Shown: piece after piece, positions 17,860-27,041 of the stretch
Position numbering within the stretch: position 1 is the first letter of the stretch
Layout: the number at the start of each line of letters is the position of its first letter
Assembly: GCA_021791935.1 (NCBI GenBank)
Contig: JAJYVR010000001.1
Coordinates: forward strand, 1 to 40,310
From: Acidobacteriota bacterium
GTDB lineage: Bacteria; Acidobacteriota; Terriglobia; Terriglobales; Acidobacteriaceae
Direction: 5' to 3'
DNA: 40,310 nt
The notes under the pieces: generated by a model
Told to the model about the DNA's origin: nothing
The model's input: the letters and a program-made list of their open reading frames with translations, nothing else
The model's database searches: none
Program-made: the position numbers and the translations under genes

Positions 17860-19176
17860 CTATCGCTCGGCGATCCGATCCAGAAAATCGAAAAACTCCG
17901 GAAATGAAATCGCCGCCGCCTCGGCTCCGTGAATTTCTGTCTGTCCGGTCGCCCGCAACGCCGCTACGGCGAACGCCATTGCAATGCGATGGTCGTCCCC
18001 GGCATCGATCTCCGCGCCATGCAGCGTTTGTCCTCCCGCCACGTCCAAACCGTCTTCGAATTCCTCCACCTTGGCTCCCATGGCGCGAAGGTTCTTCGCC
18101 ACCAGCGCAATCCGGTCGGATTCCTTCACCCGCAATTCCCGCGCATCGCGGATGCGGACCCCTTCCCGCGTATACGGCGCAATCGCTGCCAGCACGGGTA
18201 GCTCATCGATCAATTGTGCCGACATGGTACCGCTGATTTCCGCGCCCACCAGCCCATTCGGGTTGCCCACCACCTGCAGCGTGCCCACCAACTCCGCGTG
18301 CTGCCCATTCAACTCCAGCACATTCAACCCGACCCCCAGGCCGCGCAACACATCCAGCAACGACGCCCGCGTGGGATTCATCCCCACCCCATCCAGCACC
18401 AGGTTCGACTCCGGAAACAACGCCGCCGCGCACAGAAAAAATGCCGCCGAGGAAAGGTCGCCCGGCACGCTGGCATCGATGCCGCGCAGCCTCTGCCCAC
18501 CGGCGATGCCGACCGTCAGCTTGCTCCGCTCCACCTGCGCCCCAAACGCCCGCAACGCCAGCTCGCCGTGGTCGCGCGTGTGTACCGACTCATGCACCCG
18601 CGTGGCGCCGCTGGCCTGCAATCCGGCGAACAACAGGCACGTCTTCACCTGTGCGCTGGCAATCGGCGTCTGGTAATCCAGCCCGCGCAGCGGACCGCCG
18701 TGGATCGTTACCGGCGCGTGACCCTCCGTCAATTCAAGCCGCGCTCCCATGGCCGTCAGCGGCGTGCGAATGCGCTCCATCGGTCGCCGGCTCAGGGAAG
18801 CGTCGCCCACCAGCGTGCAGCGAAACGGTTGTGCCGCCAGCAATCCCGCCAGCATCCGCATTGTGGAGCCGGAATTGCCGCAGTCCAGCGCCGCCTGCGG
18901 CTCACGAAATTCGCCCGCGCATCCGCCAATGGCGATCGCGCCGTTCTCATTGCGTTCGACGCGCGCGCCCAACTGCTCCATGCAGGCCAAGGTGCTGTGC
19001 GGGTCCGCCCCGCTGGAAAAATTCGTCAGGCGCGACGTGCCTTCGGCGAACCCCGCCAACATCGCATAACGATGCGAAATGCTTTTGTCCCCCGGCAGGC
19101 GCAGACTCCCCAGCACATTCCTTGCGGGAGTTACGATGCGCGTCGAACCAGGCGATAGAGCAGTGAACGACTTCAT
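17860..19176 (-). CDS. aroA: 3-phosphoshikimate 1-carboxyvinyltransferase (EPSP synthase)
   Basis: Start trimmed to the ATG at 19176 (GAAGGAG upstream). LPGDKSISHRYAMLAGFAEG, and the C-terminal DHRIAMAFAVAAL motif. Confidence 0.93.
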   Translation of the reverse strand: MKSFTALSPGSTRIVTPARNVLGSLRLPGDKSISHRYAMLAGFAEGTSRLTNFSSGADPHSTLACMEQLGARVERNENGAIAIGGCAGEFREPQAALDCGNSGSTMRMLAGLLAAQPFRCTLVGDASLSRRPMERIRTPLTAMGARLELTEGHAPVTIHGGPLRGLDYQTPIASAQVKTCLLFAGLQASGATRVHESVHTRDHGELALRAFGAQVERSKLTVGIAGGQRLRGIDASVPGDLSSAAFFLCAAALFPESNLVLDGVGMNPTRASLLDVLRGLGVGLNVLELNGQHAELVGTLQVVGNPNGLVGAEISGTMSAQLIDELPVLAAIAPYTREGVRIRDARELRVKESDRIALVAKNLRAMGAKVEEFEDGLDVAGGQTLHGAEIDAGDDHRIAMAFAVAALRATGQTEIHGAEAAAISFPEFFDFLDRIAER

Positions 19177-19397
19177 AGGTAACAAAGAAATTTCTCCTTC
19201 AATGTTTCTGATCGCCGCAACGAAAAAAATTGCGGCACTTTCGCCCGCGTTCCATTTTGGGACTGCTCGAACCAAACCGGAAATCTCATCGTACCCCGAA
19301 CCGATTCCCTCGTGAAAACTTCGCCCCTTTGCCGCAGCATAAGCACAGGTGTAACGCGGCAGCCTCGACATCGACGGCTGTCCCCAGTGAGGTTGCC

Positions 19398-20186
19398 ATG
19401 TTGAAGATCGATTCGTTCAAGTTAAGTATCGCCGGCGCACTCGCCTTCGCCTGCCTGGCAGTCCCTCAGACGCTTCCCCAGAGTGCGGGCCAGAACGCGA
19501 ATGCCGAGAGATCGTCTCAATTCGGCGCGCGCCTCCTCACGCCTTCCAGCAACCTCACGGAATCCGCAATCTTACCGGAAGCCATGCATCTCTACGATCG
19601 CGCTGTGACGGAACTGCACCGTGGACATGCCATCGCCGCCGAAAAAGACGCCCTTCGCGCTCTCCAGATCGACCCCAAATTCGCCGACGCATCCGCCCTG
19701 GCCGCAACCGCGGCGCTCGTGCAGCAGCAGTTTGAGCGCGCATCCGCGGAAGCCGCGCAAGCCATCCGGAGCAACGCCTCCGATGAAAAGGCCTATGTCA
19801 TTCTCGCTACCGCGCAGAATTATCTTGGCCGTTACTCCGACGCGGCGGCCGCTCTGCGCCATGTCCGGCCGCGGGAACAACAAACCTGGCAGGTCGCATA
19901 TCAGTGGGCGCGGGCGGAGGCGGGTCTGCAAAACGTCCAGCAATGCCTGGAGTGGACGAATCGCGCCGCGCTGTCCGCGCCCCCGGACTTCGCTCCGCTG
20001 CACCTGCTGCGCGCCAGCGTCCTGCTGACCATGGGAGACAACGCGTGCGCCGCCGATGAACTGGAAATCTACCTGCAATTGCCCAGCGTCAACGCATCCC
20101 AGCGCGATCTGCTGACCCACGAGTTGCAACGCCTGCGCGCATTGCCGCGGTCGAGCGCCGCATCGCCCTCCGCCACCGGCAACTAA
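19398..20186 (+). CDS. TPR-like repeat protein, secreted
   Basis: ATG at 19398 gives a signal peptide MLKIDSFKLSIAGALAFACLAVPQ, followed by helical repeats. Confidence 0.7.
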   Translation: MLKIDSFKLSIAGALAFACLAVPQTLPQSAGQNANAERSSQFGARLLTPSSNLTESAILPEAMHLYDRAVTELHRGHAIAAEKDALRALQIDPKFADASALAATAALVQQQFERASAEAAQAIRSNASDEKAYVILATAQNYLGRYSDAAAALRHVRPREQQTWQVAYQWARAEAGLQNVQQCLEWTNRAALSAPPDFAPLHLLRASVLLTMGDNACAADELEIYLQLPSVNASQRDLLTHELQRLRALPRSSAASPSATGN

Positions 20187-20318
20187 GCTCGCGCGTTCAA
20201 CCCGTCGAATCCTCGTACGCACTGTGTTCGCCCGCCACATCGGTATACGCCCCGTACCTGCTCGGCGGATGTGTGTAGAATGATCCTGCTTTTCGATTTT
20301 TCGCCTGGGGATGCCGAT

Positions 20319-22412
20319 ATGCAGCGTCGCGATTTCATCAAGTCTGTTGTTGCCTTGGGCGGTGCTTCGATATTGGATCCAGGGACAGCGTTTGCGCTCC
20401 AGAACCCTTCCTATGCGCCCACGCCGCAGCCTGACGTGAAGCGCGTTCTAATGATGTTCAAGTGCCATTTCGACGCTGGGTTCATCGCCACGCAAGCTAT
20501 GGTGAAAGATTGGTACTTCTCGGATTATTTCCCAACTGCAATTCGGCTCGCCAGCGACCAGCGCCGCACTGGAGGTCGCCCCTACGTGTGGACTACCGGA
20601 TCGTGGCTGGTCTACGAATATCTGGAACAAGCCTCCACGCAAGACCTCAGGCGCATGGAGCAGGCCATCGCGCAGGGCGATATTGCATGGCACGCGCTGC
20701 CGTTCAGTTGGCAGACGGAACTGATGGATCCATCGATGATTGCAGGTAGCATCGGTCTGTCGCATTCCCTGGATCGTCGCTTTGGACGCACCACCACCGG
20801 CGCGAAGATGACCGATGTTCCCGGCCACACGCGTGGATTGATCGCGCCGCTGGCCGCGCAAGGCGTCAAATTTCTTGATATTGGCGTCAACGGCGGTTGC
20901 ACGCCTGCGGAAGTTCCGCCCCTCTTCCTCTGGAAAGATTTGAGCGGCAGTAGCCTCGTCGTGATGTATCACCTCGGCTATGGTGGCATGGTTCAGGTTC
21001 CCGGTTCCAACTTGGTAATTTCAATCATCGTTCGCAACGATAACAGCGGCCCACACTCGCCGGACGAAATCGTCAGCATGTATTCCGAGATGGGCAAACG
21101 CTTCCCCAACGCGGAGATTCACGCCGCCGGCCTGACGGAAATTGCGAACGCCGTCGAGCCGTATCGGAATCAACTGCCTGTTGTCACGCAGGAAATCGGC
21201 GACACCTGGACCTACGGCGTTTCCAGCGATCCGCTCAAGCTGGCCCGATATCGCGAAGTGGCCCGTCTCCGCAACTCCTGGATTGGACAGAAAAAATTCC
21301 GCATCGGCGATGCTACAGACGTTGCTCTGCTGCGCTCCGTTGGCCTGGAGGCAGAACACACCTGGGGCACGGACACAAAAACGTGGCTCGACTACGACCA
21401 TCAAACGCCTCAGGATCTGACCGAGGTTCTCGATACGAAAAACTACAAGGTCGTCGCGTTCAGCTGGGAAGAAAAGCGCAAGGACCTCTTCGATGGAATT
21501 GGGCGGCTTCCCTCGCCGCTGCGTTCCCAGGCGGAGGATGCAGTTCGCAACCTGCAGCCGAAGGCGCCGCAACTCACTGGCGGCACTGTCATGGCCGCGT
21601 CGCAAGAAGTAGAAAGCCCGCACTTCGTTCTTCAGTTCGATCCGAAAACGGGCGCGATCCACCGCCTTCGCAACAAAAAAACGGGCAGGGAATGGGCATC
21701 GCCCAATCATCCCCTGGCCCTGTTTTCGTATCAGACTCTTTCTCACGAAGACTACGTGCAATATCTCAAGGACTATACCGTCATCAAGGCGGAGTGGTTG
21801 AGTTTCGATCTGGGCAAGCCGAACATCGAACGCTTTGGCGCCAGGAATCAAGAGTGGCAGCCATCCCTTGTCGATCTGCGTTCGCTGAAAGATGCGCAGG
21901 GCCAACACATCCTCGCGCAGTTGGAAATTCGCGATCCCGAAGCGCAGCAATCAGGACGCACAGCGTTCCCGCAAAAGCTGTATATGGAATGGCTGCTGCC
22001 GGATGCGGAGCCTGCGATCCACCTGAATGTTTATGCGCTTCAGAAACCGGCGACGCGTCTGCCGGAATCGTTGTGGCTCACATTTAATCCGGTGGTCTCC
22101 GACCCGAAAGGATGGATGCTCGAAAAGTCGGGCGAACAGGTTTCGCCCTTCGACGTTGTGCGAGGCGGGAGCCGGCAAATGCACGCCGTCTCCACGCACT
22201 TCAGTTACAAAGATGACAGCGGGTCTTTCGTTGTCGAGCCGATCGACTCGCCGCTGGTCGCCATGGGTAAAAAATCACCGCTGAATTTCTCGAAGGACCA
22301 GCCCGACCTCTCCAGCGGCATGCACGTCAATCTCTTCAACAACGCATGGGGCACCAACTACATCATGTGGTACGGCGAGGACATGCGTTCCCGCTTTGTG
22401 CTGCGCGCCTAA
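20319..22412 (+). CDS. Tat-signal glycoside-hydrolase-like protein (DUF5054 / GH38 N-domain-like)
   Basis: The ATG at 20319 gives a twin-arginine signal MQRRDFIKSVVALGGASIL. FKCHFDAGF, WTTGSWLVYEYLE, WHALPFSWQTEL and KMTDVPGHTRG match my recollection of the DUF5054 family. Not verified by search. Confidence 0.6.
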   Translation: MQRRDFIKSVVALGGASILDPGTAFALQNPSYAPTPQPDVKRVLMMFKCHFDAGFIATQAMVKDWYFSDYFPTAIRLASDQRRTGGRPYVWTTGSWLVYEYLEQASTQDLRRMEQAIAQGDIAWHALPFSWQTELMDPSMIAGSIGLSHSLDRRFGRTTTGAKMTDVPGHTRGLIAPLAAQGVKFLDIGVNGGCTPAEVPPLFLWKDLSGSSLVVMYHLGYGGMVQVPGSNLVISIIVRNDNSGPHSPDEIVSMYSEMGKRFPNAEIHAAGLTEIANAVEPYRNQLPVVTQEIGDTWTYGVSSDPLKLARYREVARLRNSWIGQKKFRIGDATDVALLRSVGLEAEHTWGTDTKTWLDYDHQTPQDLTEVLDTKNYKVVAFSWEEKRKDLFDGIGRLPSPLRSQAEDAVRNLQPKAPQLTGGTVMAASQEVESPHFVLQFDPKTGAIHRLRNKKTGREWASPNHPLALFSYQTLSHEDYVQYLKDYTVIKAEWLSFDLGKPNIERFGARNQEWQPSLVDLRSLKDAQGQHILAQLEIRDPEAQQSGRTAFPQKLYMEWLLPDAEPAIHLNVYALQKPATRLPESLWLTFNPVVSDPKGWMLEKSGEQVSPFDVVRGGSRQMHAVSTHFSYKDDSGSFVVEPIDSPLVAMGKKSPLNFSKDQPDLSSGMHVNLFNNAWGTNYIMWYGEDMRSRFVLRA

Positions 22413-22431
22413 TGCCACCACAAGCAGCGCG

Positions 22432-24390
22432 TTAGCACTCCACCGTTTTCTTCGGATCGATCACGCGCAGCGCGATCGCCGTTTCGTCGTCGAAATGTTC
22501 CACCGTCCCCTGAAACCCGGAAACTTCTTTCAGGATGTTGGCGACCATGGTGGAGGCGGAGCAATGCCGATTGTTTTCCAGCACAGTCGTCAGCCGTTCC
22601 ATGTCGAACATTTCGCCGCGATCGTTTTCCGCGTCGATCATGCCGTCGGAATAAAACACCAGCATGTCGCCGGGCTGCGTCGATAGCGTGAATTCTTCGT
22701 ATTCGACATCCGAAAACATGCCCAGCGGAATGCCCGTCGCCTGGATCGCTTCCACTCCCTTGGCGCGGCAAAAAAGAGGCTGACATGCGCCCGCATTGGC
22801 CACCTGCAGGGTCCTGTCGTTGTCGTTCCAGATCGCAAACAACATGGTGACGTATTGCGCATCCAGTTTCCGTTCCTGCAGTTGCTCGTTCAGCAGCTCC
22901 AGCATCTGCGCCGGTGTCGGCTTCTGCGCCGCCAGGGAACGCATGATGCCGCTGACCAGCGCCGCATACAGCGCGGCCGCCGCGCCTTTGCCGCTCACAT
23001 CTCCCAGCACAATGGCGGTGCGCCCGCCGCCGTAGTCCAGAAAATCGTACAGGTCGCCGCCAATGGTGCGCGCCGGAACGAAACGCGCCGCCACCTCCGC
23101 ATTGGCAGGCTCCGGCACGGTTTGCGGCATCAGCCGAAATTGCACCTTGCGCGCCATCGCCAGGTCTTCTTCCAGACGCTGTTCTTCCTGCGCCAGCCGT
23201 TGATACAGCCCGGCGTTTTCCATTGCGATCGCCAACTGGGCCGCCAATGTGCTCACCGCATGAACATTGTCTTCGTTGAAAAAATGGGGCCGCGTATGCT
23301 CCAGGTCAAGCACGCCCAGCACTTTGCCCTTGTAGATCAGCGGCACCGCCATTTCCGACCGCGTTTCCGTATGCACCATGATGTAGCGCGGATCGCTGCG
23401 CACATCGCCCACCGTGATCGTCTGCCGCGTGCTTACCGCCGCGCCAATCAGTCCGCGCTGCAGCGGCACCGGCTCGGAAAATGAGTTGTCCGTTTTTCCG
23501 AATCGGATCGAGAAACGATGGATCAGCATGTTCGTTTTCTCATCCAGCATCCAGATGGCGAACATCTGGTAGGGAATCACCCGCTGCAGCAATTTTCCCA
23601 CCCGCTCCAGCAACTGCTCCGGGTCCAGAATGGAAGTCAGCTCCCGGCTGATTTCGTGCAGCAATTCCAGCGACTGCGCCTGCCGCGAAATGCGCGTGTA
23701 GAGCCGCGCGTTTTCCACCGCAATGGCCACCCGAGAGGCCGTCAGTTGCAGCAGGTGCAGGTGCTCCGGGCGAAAATAATCGGGCTGCTCGGACTGGATA
23801 TCGATCACGCCGATGACACGGTTCTTGGTCACCAGCGGCACCGCAAGCTCCGACCGCACCTGAGAATTCGCGTCGATGTAGTTGGAAAGCGCGCTGACAT
23901 CGTTGATCAGCATCGCCTCCCGGCGCTCGGCCACTTGCCCAACCACTCCCTCGCCCATGCGAATGCGCATCCGTTCCACATCCGCGGAGTGGCCGATCTG
24001 GAAACGCATCCGCAATTCGTTGGTGCGGTCGTTCAACAGCAGAATGGCAAAGATGCGGTATTCGATCACGGCGCGCACCAGGTCCGCCACCCGATGCAGC
24101 AGCGTCTGCAGGTCCAGCGTGGTATTCAGCGCATCCGCCAGCCGGGTCAGGAAGTCGCCTTGCACGGCATCAATTCTCGGTTCGTTGCGAAGCGCTACGG
24201 CGGAAGCCGGGCGATAGTCGCCTTCATAGGCGTGATGTTCCGCAGTCGATTTGGAAACGACGGCGTCCTTGGCCTCGGTTTCGCCTGGGTGCGCGGACGC
24301 ATCGGGATGGGTTGCCGCCTGCTCAGGCGCAGTTCCTCGCGCATCGGGCGCGACATTTTCGGATGCGGATTTGCGTTTGTTGGGACTCAT
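22432..24390 (-). CDS. GAF-domain-containing PP2C/SpoIIE-family protein phosphatase (RsbU-like)
   Basis: Two GAF-like segments, then a PP2C core: IGGDLYDF, GDVSGKGAAAALYAA, FYSDGMIDAEN. Confidence 0.85.
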   Translation of the reverse strand: MSPNKRKSASENVAPDARGTAPEQAATHPDASAHPGETEAKDAVVSKSTAEHHAYEGDYRPASAVALRNEPRIDAVQGDFLTRLADALNTTLDLQTLLHRVADLVRAVIEYRIFAILLLNDRTNELRMRFQIGHSADVERMRIRMGEGVVGQVAERREAMLINDVSALSNYIDANSQVRSELAVPLVTKNRVIGVIDIQSEQPDYFRPEHLHLLQLTASRVAIAVENARLYTRISRQAQSLELLHEISRELTSILDPEQLLERVGKLLQRVIPYQMFAIWMLDEKTNMLIHRFSIRFGKTDNSFSEPVPLQRGLIGAAVSTRQTITVGDVRSDPRYIMVHTETRSEMAVPLIYKGKVLGVLDLEHTRPHFFNEDNVHAVSTLAAQLAIAMENAGLYQRLAQEEQRLEEDLAMARKVQFRLMPQTVPEPANAEVAARFVPARTIGGDLYDFLDYGGGRTAIVLGDVSGKGAAAALYAALVSGIMRSLAAQKPTPAQMLELLNEQLQERKLDAQYVTMLFAIWNDNDRTLQVANAGACQPLFCRAKGVEAIQATGIPLGMFSDVEYEEFTLSTQPGDMLVFYSDGMIDAENDRGEMFDMERLTTVLENNRHCSASTMVANILKEVSGFQGTVEHFDDETAIALRVIDPKKTVEC

Positions 24391-24468
24391 GGCCTGCCCT
24401 TCAGAATAGCGTAGTGGGGCACGATGAGTTCCACAGGATTTCCGCGGAGACCGGCGTTGCGGTCGCCG

Positions 24469-25272
24469 CTATTGGGAGGATGCCGCGCCCTGTTCGGAAA
24501 GATATTCCTGTACCGCGCGCTGTTGCTCCCTGTAGCTCTCCACAATCGCTACGCCGGAAGAGGTGCCGATCCGGCTGGCGCCCGCCTCCAGCATGTCGCG
24601 GACCGCATCCAGCGTGCGAATGCCGCCGGCCGCCTTCACGCCGCAACGGCCTCCGGCCACGCCACGCAGTAGGCTGACGTCTTCCAAAGTCGCGCCGCCG
24701 GTAGAAAAACCGGTGCTTGTTTTCAGAAAGTCCACTCCCGCAGCCACGCAGATTTCCGAGGCGCGCAGCTTTTCTTCCAGCGTCAGCAGGCATGTTTCCA
24801 GGATCGCCTTGAGCTGCGCGCCCGCATCGTGCGCCAACTCCACCATGGCGCGCACGTCGCTCTGCACGGTCGCATTGTCGCCGCTTTTCAGCGCGCCGAT
24901 ATGGATCACCATGTCCAACTCTCGCGCTCCCAGGCGCAAGGCGGTCTCGCCCTCTTCGCGCTTGTTGTGGGTCAGGGAAGCTCCCAGGGGAAACCCCACC
25001 ACGGAGCCGACCGCCACGCCGGAACCGGAGAGGGCGCTGTGCGCCAGCGCGATCCAGCAAGGATTCACGCTCACGCACGCGAAGCGATAATGCAGCGCTT
25101 CCTCGCACAGCCGCAGCACGTCGGCAGCGGTGGTTTCGGGTTTCAATAGTGTGTGGTCCAGCGTCGCCGTCAGGCTTTGCCAGTCGCGGAGCGCATTGGC
25201 GGCAAAGCCCGCGACATCGAAGCTGGAGATTTCAAATTCGTCTGCAAGTTCGGGGGAAGAAGAAGCGCTCAT
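24469..25272 (-). CDS. deoC: deoxyribose-phosphate aldolase
   Basis: DHTLLKPETT, VSVNPCW, VGFPLG, Schiff-base region FLKTSTGF, VKAAGGIRT. Confidence 0.9.
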   Translation of the reverse strand: MSASSSPELADEFEISSFDVAGFAANALRDWQSLTATLDHTLLKPETTAADVLRLCEEALHYRFACVSVNPCWIALAHSALSGSGVAVGSVVGFPLGASLTHNKREEGETALRLGARELDMVIHIGALKSGDNATVQSDVRAMVELAHDAGAQLKAILETCLLTLEEKLRASEICVAAGVDFLKTSTGFSTGGATLEDVSLLRGVAGGRCGVKAAGGIRTLDAVRDMLEAGASRIGTSSGVAIVESYREQQRAVQEYLSEQGAASSQ

Positions 25273-25334
25273 AAACCGATTTTTCCTGTCGACAACATTT
25301 TCCCGTCTACAACGTTGGACGCAGAATCAGCCTA

Positions 25335-25892
25335 CTACTCTCCCGCATCGGTGGGGACGTCTTCGGGCATAAACCAGATGTCCGGCAGGTTGCGGTACCG
25401 TTCGGCGAAATCCATGCCATACCCGACCACAAAACGATTGGGAATCGCGAAGCCAACGTAATCCGCTTGGATTTTGCACAGGCGCCTTTCAGGCTTGTCC
25501 AGAAACGCCGCGATTTTCAGTGTAGCGGGCCCCTGCGCCAGCAGCATATTTTTCAAGTAGCAAAGTGTCCTCCCGGTATCCAGAATGTCCTCTATCAGGA
25601 CCACGTTTCTGCCTTCAATCGGCTGGTCAACGTCTTTGATCAGCCGAACGGCGCTGGAACGCGTTGCCATGCCATAGCTTGCAACGGCAAGAAAGTCGAA
25701 CGTGCAGTCCACTGTGATGGCCCGGGCCAGGTCGGCCACAAACGGCGCCGCGCCCTTCAGCACGCCCACCAGCACCACCTCCCGTCTGGCGAAATCGCGG
25801 CTGATTTCCGTCCCCAACTCGCTGACCCGCTGCTGGATCTGACGGCGGGTCAAAAAACACTCGAGGGCCTGCCTGTTAGGTGGCTCAGTCAT
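25335..25892 (-). CDS. hpt: hypoxanthine phosphoribosyltransferase
   Basis: Start trimmed to the ATG at 25892 (185 aa). PRPP-binding motif VVLIEDILDTGRTL, FVVGYGMD. The remaining 5' part of listed ORF 25335..26813 is antisense to lgt and not credible. Confidence 0.92.
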   Translation of the reverse strand: MTEPPNRQALECFLTRRQIQQRVSELGTEISRDFARREVVLVGVLKGAAPFVADLARAITVDCTFDFLAVASYGMATRSSAVRLIKDVDQPIEGRNVVLIEDILDTGRTLCYLKNMLLAQGPATLKIAAFLDKPERRLCKIQADYVGFAIPNRFVVGYGMDFAERYRNLPDIWFMPEDVPTDAGE

Positions 25893-26030
25893 GAACGCAG
25901 AATTCCCCCGTTGATTGTAGGACGAAATCTTGAAGATTGCGTGAGCCGTCGATGAATTGGCCGCAGACCCCCCGCAAAAATGGAATTCGGCCCCGTCACT
26001 TATACTGGAAATCTGGGGAATCCTGTCCGC

Positions 26031-26828
26031 ATGTATCCATTCATTCATCTTGGGCGTTTTCAAATCGGCACCTTCGGCATCCTGCTTTGGCTGGCCGCGG
26101 TCTCCGGCTGCTGGGTGTTGTATAAAAACTTCCAGCGCAAAGGCGTCGAGGCCGACGCCATCAACGTCACTGCCCTGGTTACCGTGGCCGGCATCGTCGG
26201 CGCAAAGTTGTGGCATGTGTTCGAGACGCCTGATTTGCTGATGCGGATTCCGCTGCAACTCCTGCTGGACCGGGCCGGATTTGCCTGGTTCGGCGGCTTG
26301 GTCGCAGCCATTCTGGTCTTGATGTGGCAAGGGCGCGTCGCCAAGGTCGGCGCGCTCAGTATGCTGGACTTGACGGCGCCCGCGGCCGCGGTCGGCTATG
26401 GCGTGGGCCGCATCGGATGTCTCACCTCTGGAGACGGCGACTACGGCATTCCAACTTCGTTGCCCTGGGGCGTCGCTTTTCCGCACGGCCTGGTCCCCAC
26501 CTTGCAGCGCGTGCAGCCAACCCCCGTGTATGAATTCATCGCCGCCCTTCTCATCGCCTGGTATCTGTGGCAGCGGGGAAGGGTCGACAAGCCCGTCGGG
26601 TTGATTACCGGCGAGTATCTGGTCTGGACCGGATTGGCCCGTTTTCTGGTGGAGTTTGTCCGCATCAATCCGAAGATCTATTTCGGCATGAGCAACGCCC
26701 AGGTCGCCAGCATCGGCTCTGTCGTCGCCGGAGCGATTTTGATTGTCTGGGCGCAACGGCATCCGCACACCACCGCGCAATCGCGAAAGCACATGGCCAA
26801 ACCAGCCACCCACACCGTCCCCAGCTAA
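26031..26828 (+). CDS. lgt: prolipoprotein diacylglyceryl transferase
   Basis: Start at ATG 26031 (MYPFIHLGRFQIGTFGILLWLA...). GRIGCLTSGD, HPTPVYEF-type motif (VQPTPVYEF). Polytopic membrane protein. Confidence 0.9.
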   Translation: MYPFIHLGRFQIGTFGILLWLAAVSGCWVLYKNFQRKGVEADAINVTALVTVAGIVGAKLWHVFETPDLLMRIPLQLLLDRAGFAWFGGLVAAILVLMWQGRVAKVGALSMLDLTAPAAAVGYGVGRIGCLTSGDGDYGIPTSLPWGVAFPHGLVPTLQRVQPTPVYEFIAALLIAWYLWQRGRVDKPVGLITGEYLVWTGLARFLVEFVRINPKIYFGMSNAQVASIGSVVAGAILIVWAQRHPHTTAQSRKHMAKPATHTVPS

Positions 26829-26954
26829 AGCGGTGCCCTCGATCCTGGGATGGGAAATTCTGTCGCCCTGAGGTAGCCGCGGCGACCGGAGTGGAGAATC
26901 CAGACAACATTCGCTGAGTAGACGCCGCTATCACCCTCTGGATTCTTCGCTGCC

Positions 26955-27037
26955 GGGTGCCCCAGGTCTCGATTCCGAAACCTGGGATGCCATGGCCCTC
27001 AATCGCAAAACACGAAATCACGCGGTCAGAGACCTAG
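26955..27037. repeat. GGGTGCCCC-hairpin element, subtype 2, with distal ACGAAATCACGCGGTCAGAGACCTAG box
   Basis: GGGTGCCCCAGGTCTCGAttccGAAACCTGGGAT...ACGAAATCACGCGGTCAGAGACCTAG. It ends 5 nt from the stop (27042..27044) of the minus-strand zincin gene and is near-identical in layout to 39500..39575. Confidence 0.8.
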
Positions 27038-27041
27038 ACGT

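Noticed and set aside
19214-19236. Hairpin GCCGCAA-cgaaaaaaa-TTGCGGC in the aroA/TPR divergent region.
   Set aside because: It has a 7-bp stem with an A-rich loop and no flanking U-tract in the transcribed orientation. It is too generic to assign a function. It may simply be leader structure.
25893-26813. The N-terminal 307 aa of listed ORF 25335..26813 (-), which would make a 492-aa fusion with Hpt.
   Set aside because: Hpt homology begins at the ATG at 25892 (185 aa, a normal Hpt length). The upstream part is antisense to lgt and has shadow-ORF composition.
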